DNA of 64,000 nucleotides, taken from NCBI GenBank assembly GCA_944380295.1, contig CALWHE010000006.1:11670-75669 (forward strand), given 5' to 3'. Under the pieces are notes generated by a model, which worked only from the letters and a program-made list of their open reading frames with translations, did not search any database and was not told the DNA's origin. How positions within the stretch are numbered: position 1 is the first letter of the stretch; every line of letters begins with the position of its first letter. This document shows positions 62,538 through 64,000 of the stretch, one piece after another. Source of the stretch: an uncultured Christensenellaceae bacterium. Its GTDB lineage: Bacteria; Bacillota; Clostridia; Christensenellales; UBA3700. The position numbers and the translations under genes are program-made.

Positions 62538-64000
62538 TTACCGCAAATCTTCCGCGCCGTCAACAAGCAGGGACAGCGTGTCGGAAAATTCCCGCATGGC
62601 GCGCTCGAAAGGCTTGTTTGCCGTCAGATCCACGCCCGCAAGTTTGAGTATCTCCGCGGGAGGCATGCTGCCGCCGGCGCGCAGAAATTTTTCATAGCCG
62701 CGCACGGCGCTCTCCCCCTCTTCCAGTATGCCCCGCGCTATGCTCACCGCGCTGGTGATGCCGGTGGCATACTTGTAAACGTAAAAAGAGCGGTAAAAGT
62801 GCGGTATGCGCGCCCATTCCCAGGCTATCTCCCTGTCGGAGATCACGCTTGCGCCGTAATATTGTCTGTTGAGCTTGAAGTATATCTCGTTGAGCGCGTC
62901 GCAGGTCACGGGCAGGTCGTTCTCCGCCAGGGCGTGCGCCTTTTCTTCAAATTCCGCAAACTGGGTCTGGCGGAAAAGCGTGGTGCGGAACATGTCCAGA
63001 TAATATGTGAGCAGATATTCGCGCTCGGCTTTGTCCGCGCTCTTTGCCAAAAGGTATTTGAGCAGCAGCACTTCGTTCACCGTAGACGCCACTTCCGCCA
63101 CAAAGATCTCGTATTGCGATTTGGCAAAGGGCTGGGTCTTGTCCGAATAGTAAGAGTGCATGGCGTGCCCCAGCTCGTGCGCGATGGTGAACACGTCGTG
63201 CGCCGTGCCGTTATAATTGAGCAGCACGTAAGGGTGGGAGCAAAAAGAGCCGCATGAATAAGCGCCGCTTCTCTTGCCCTTGTTCTCGTAAACGTCTATC
63301 CAGCGCTTTTCCATCGCCTCGCGTATGTGCGAAAGATACTCTTCCCCCAGCGGCGCCAGGGCTTTTTTCACCGTTTCGCACGCCTCGTCATAGCTCACTG
63401 ACAGCCGGTAATTTTCCGTGACCGGCACGTGCAGATCGAACATATGCAGCTTTTTCAAGCCCATGCGGCGCGCCCGCCACGCCATGTAAGCGTGCAGCTC
63501 AGGCAGCCCCGCGTGCACGTTTTTTATCAGGTTGTCGTAAATGCAGCGCGGCACGTTTTCTCCGTCCATGGCGCGGGAGAGGCAGTCGGGATACTTGCGC
63601 GCTTTGGCAAAAAAGAGGTCCTTTTTCACGTTGCCCGCATAAAGCTGCCCCACCGTGTGCAGCATGTCGCCGAAGCCGGCAAACATGGACTTGAACGCCG
63701 CCCTGCGCACCCGCCTGTCCTTGGAGGTGAGCAGCACGGAATACACCCCGTGCGACATCTCCACCCTCTTGCCGTCCTCGCCGCGCACCGGTTTGAACTT
63801 CACGTCCAAAGAATCGAACATGTTGAAGGCGTCGTGAAACCCGCCGGCAAACAGCCCCGCTCCCGCCAGCAGTTTTTCCTCCGCCGCGGAGAGCGTGTGC
63901 TCCTTTTTGCGCACCACGTCTTTGAGCAGCCTGTCAAAATCGGCAAACTCCGGCTTTTGCGCCAGCGCCAGCAAAAACTCCGCGTCGAGCGCCGTCAGCT
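62538..64000 (-). CDS. pepF: Oligoendopeptidase F (M3B), N-terminus outside the window
   Basis: HELGHAMH zinc motif and PepF-like C-terminal half. The reading frame stays open to the window edge, and PepF proteins are about 600 aa. Confidence 0.88.
   Translation of the reverse strand, partial: LTALDAEFLLALAQKPEFADFDRLLKDVVRKKEHTLSAAEEKLLAGAGLFAGGFHDAFNMFDSLDVKFKPVRGEDGKRVEMSHGVYSVLLTSKDRRVRRAAFKSMFAGFGDMLHTVGQLYAGNVKKDLFFAKARKYPDCLSRAMDGENVPRCIYDNLIKNVHAGLPELHAYMAWRARRMGLKKLHMFDLHVPVTENYRLSVSYDEACETVKKALAPLGEEYLSHIREAMEKRWIDVYENKGKRSGAYSCGSFCSHPYVLLNYNGTAHDVFTIAHELGHAMHSYYSDKTQPFAKSQYEIFVAEVASTVNEVLLLKYLLAKSADKAEREYLLTYYLDMFRTTLFRQTQFAEFEEKAHALAENDLPVTCDALNEIYFKLNRQYYGASVISDREIAWEWARIPHFYRSFYVYKYATGITSAVSIARGILEEGESAVRGYEKFLRAGGSMPPAEILKLAGVDLTANKPFERAMREFSDTLSLLVDGAEDLR

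Overview
High-GC chromosomal segment (about 60% by eye) from a spore-forming Firmicute, probably Clostridia-like. This is supported by yqfC-yqfD, the ctsR-mcsA-mcsB-clpC operon and Bacillus-type era-yqzL-recO synteny. I call about 46 protein genes, mostly housekeeping and mostly on the minus strand. Minus strand: ilvB-ilvC, ilvD-ilvA-ridA-HAD, an acyl-CoA ligase, an aminotransferase, der, bioY, an MGDG-synthase-like glycosyltransferase, a U32 peptidase plus O-methyltransferase pair, rnj, GTP-pckG, the class III stress operon, ppdK, yqfC-yqfD-pgpH-ybeY-era-yqzL-recO, dnaB and a partial pepF. Plus strand: TPP riboswitch-thiT, a sugar-phosphate isomerase, pgi, an MMPL transporter, a GNAT and serC-serA. 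The left 8 kb looks accessory: an orphan phage terminase, a sigma-region-4-like regulator, a motif-degenerate orphan ABC ATPase and a DUF4143 AAA ATPase. I saw no rRNA, tRNA, CRISPR array or intact mobile element. The outstanding signal is non-coding. Ten long intergenic gaps, roughly 9 kb or about 14% of the window, are filled by one modular family of hairpin repeats. Its core is a cassette of about 300 nt in which four or five different hairpins are each separated by the invariant heptamer ATTTCAC. Stem sequences differ between copies by compensatory changes. Companion modules are a 160-nt rod-like hairpin, a 430-nt terminator-bearing 3' flank, and two REP-like GC palindromes. Several genes (clpC, recO, a phage-related ORF and the acyl-CoA ligase) end inside repeat arms. 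There are also many unrelated local tandem arrays, with periods of 98, about 76, 40, 23, 36-40 and about 110 nt. I could not match the hairpin family to any repeat or RNA family I know. All repeat coordinates and copy counts were made by eye and are approximate.
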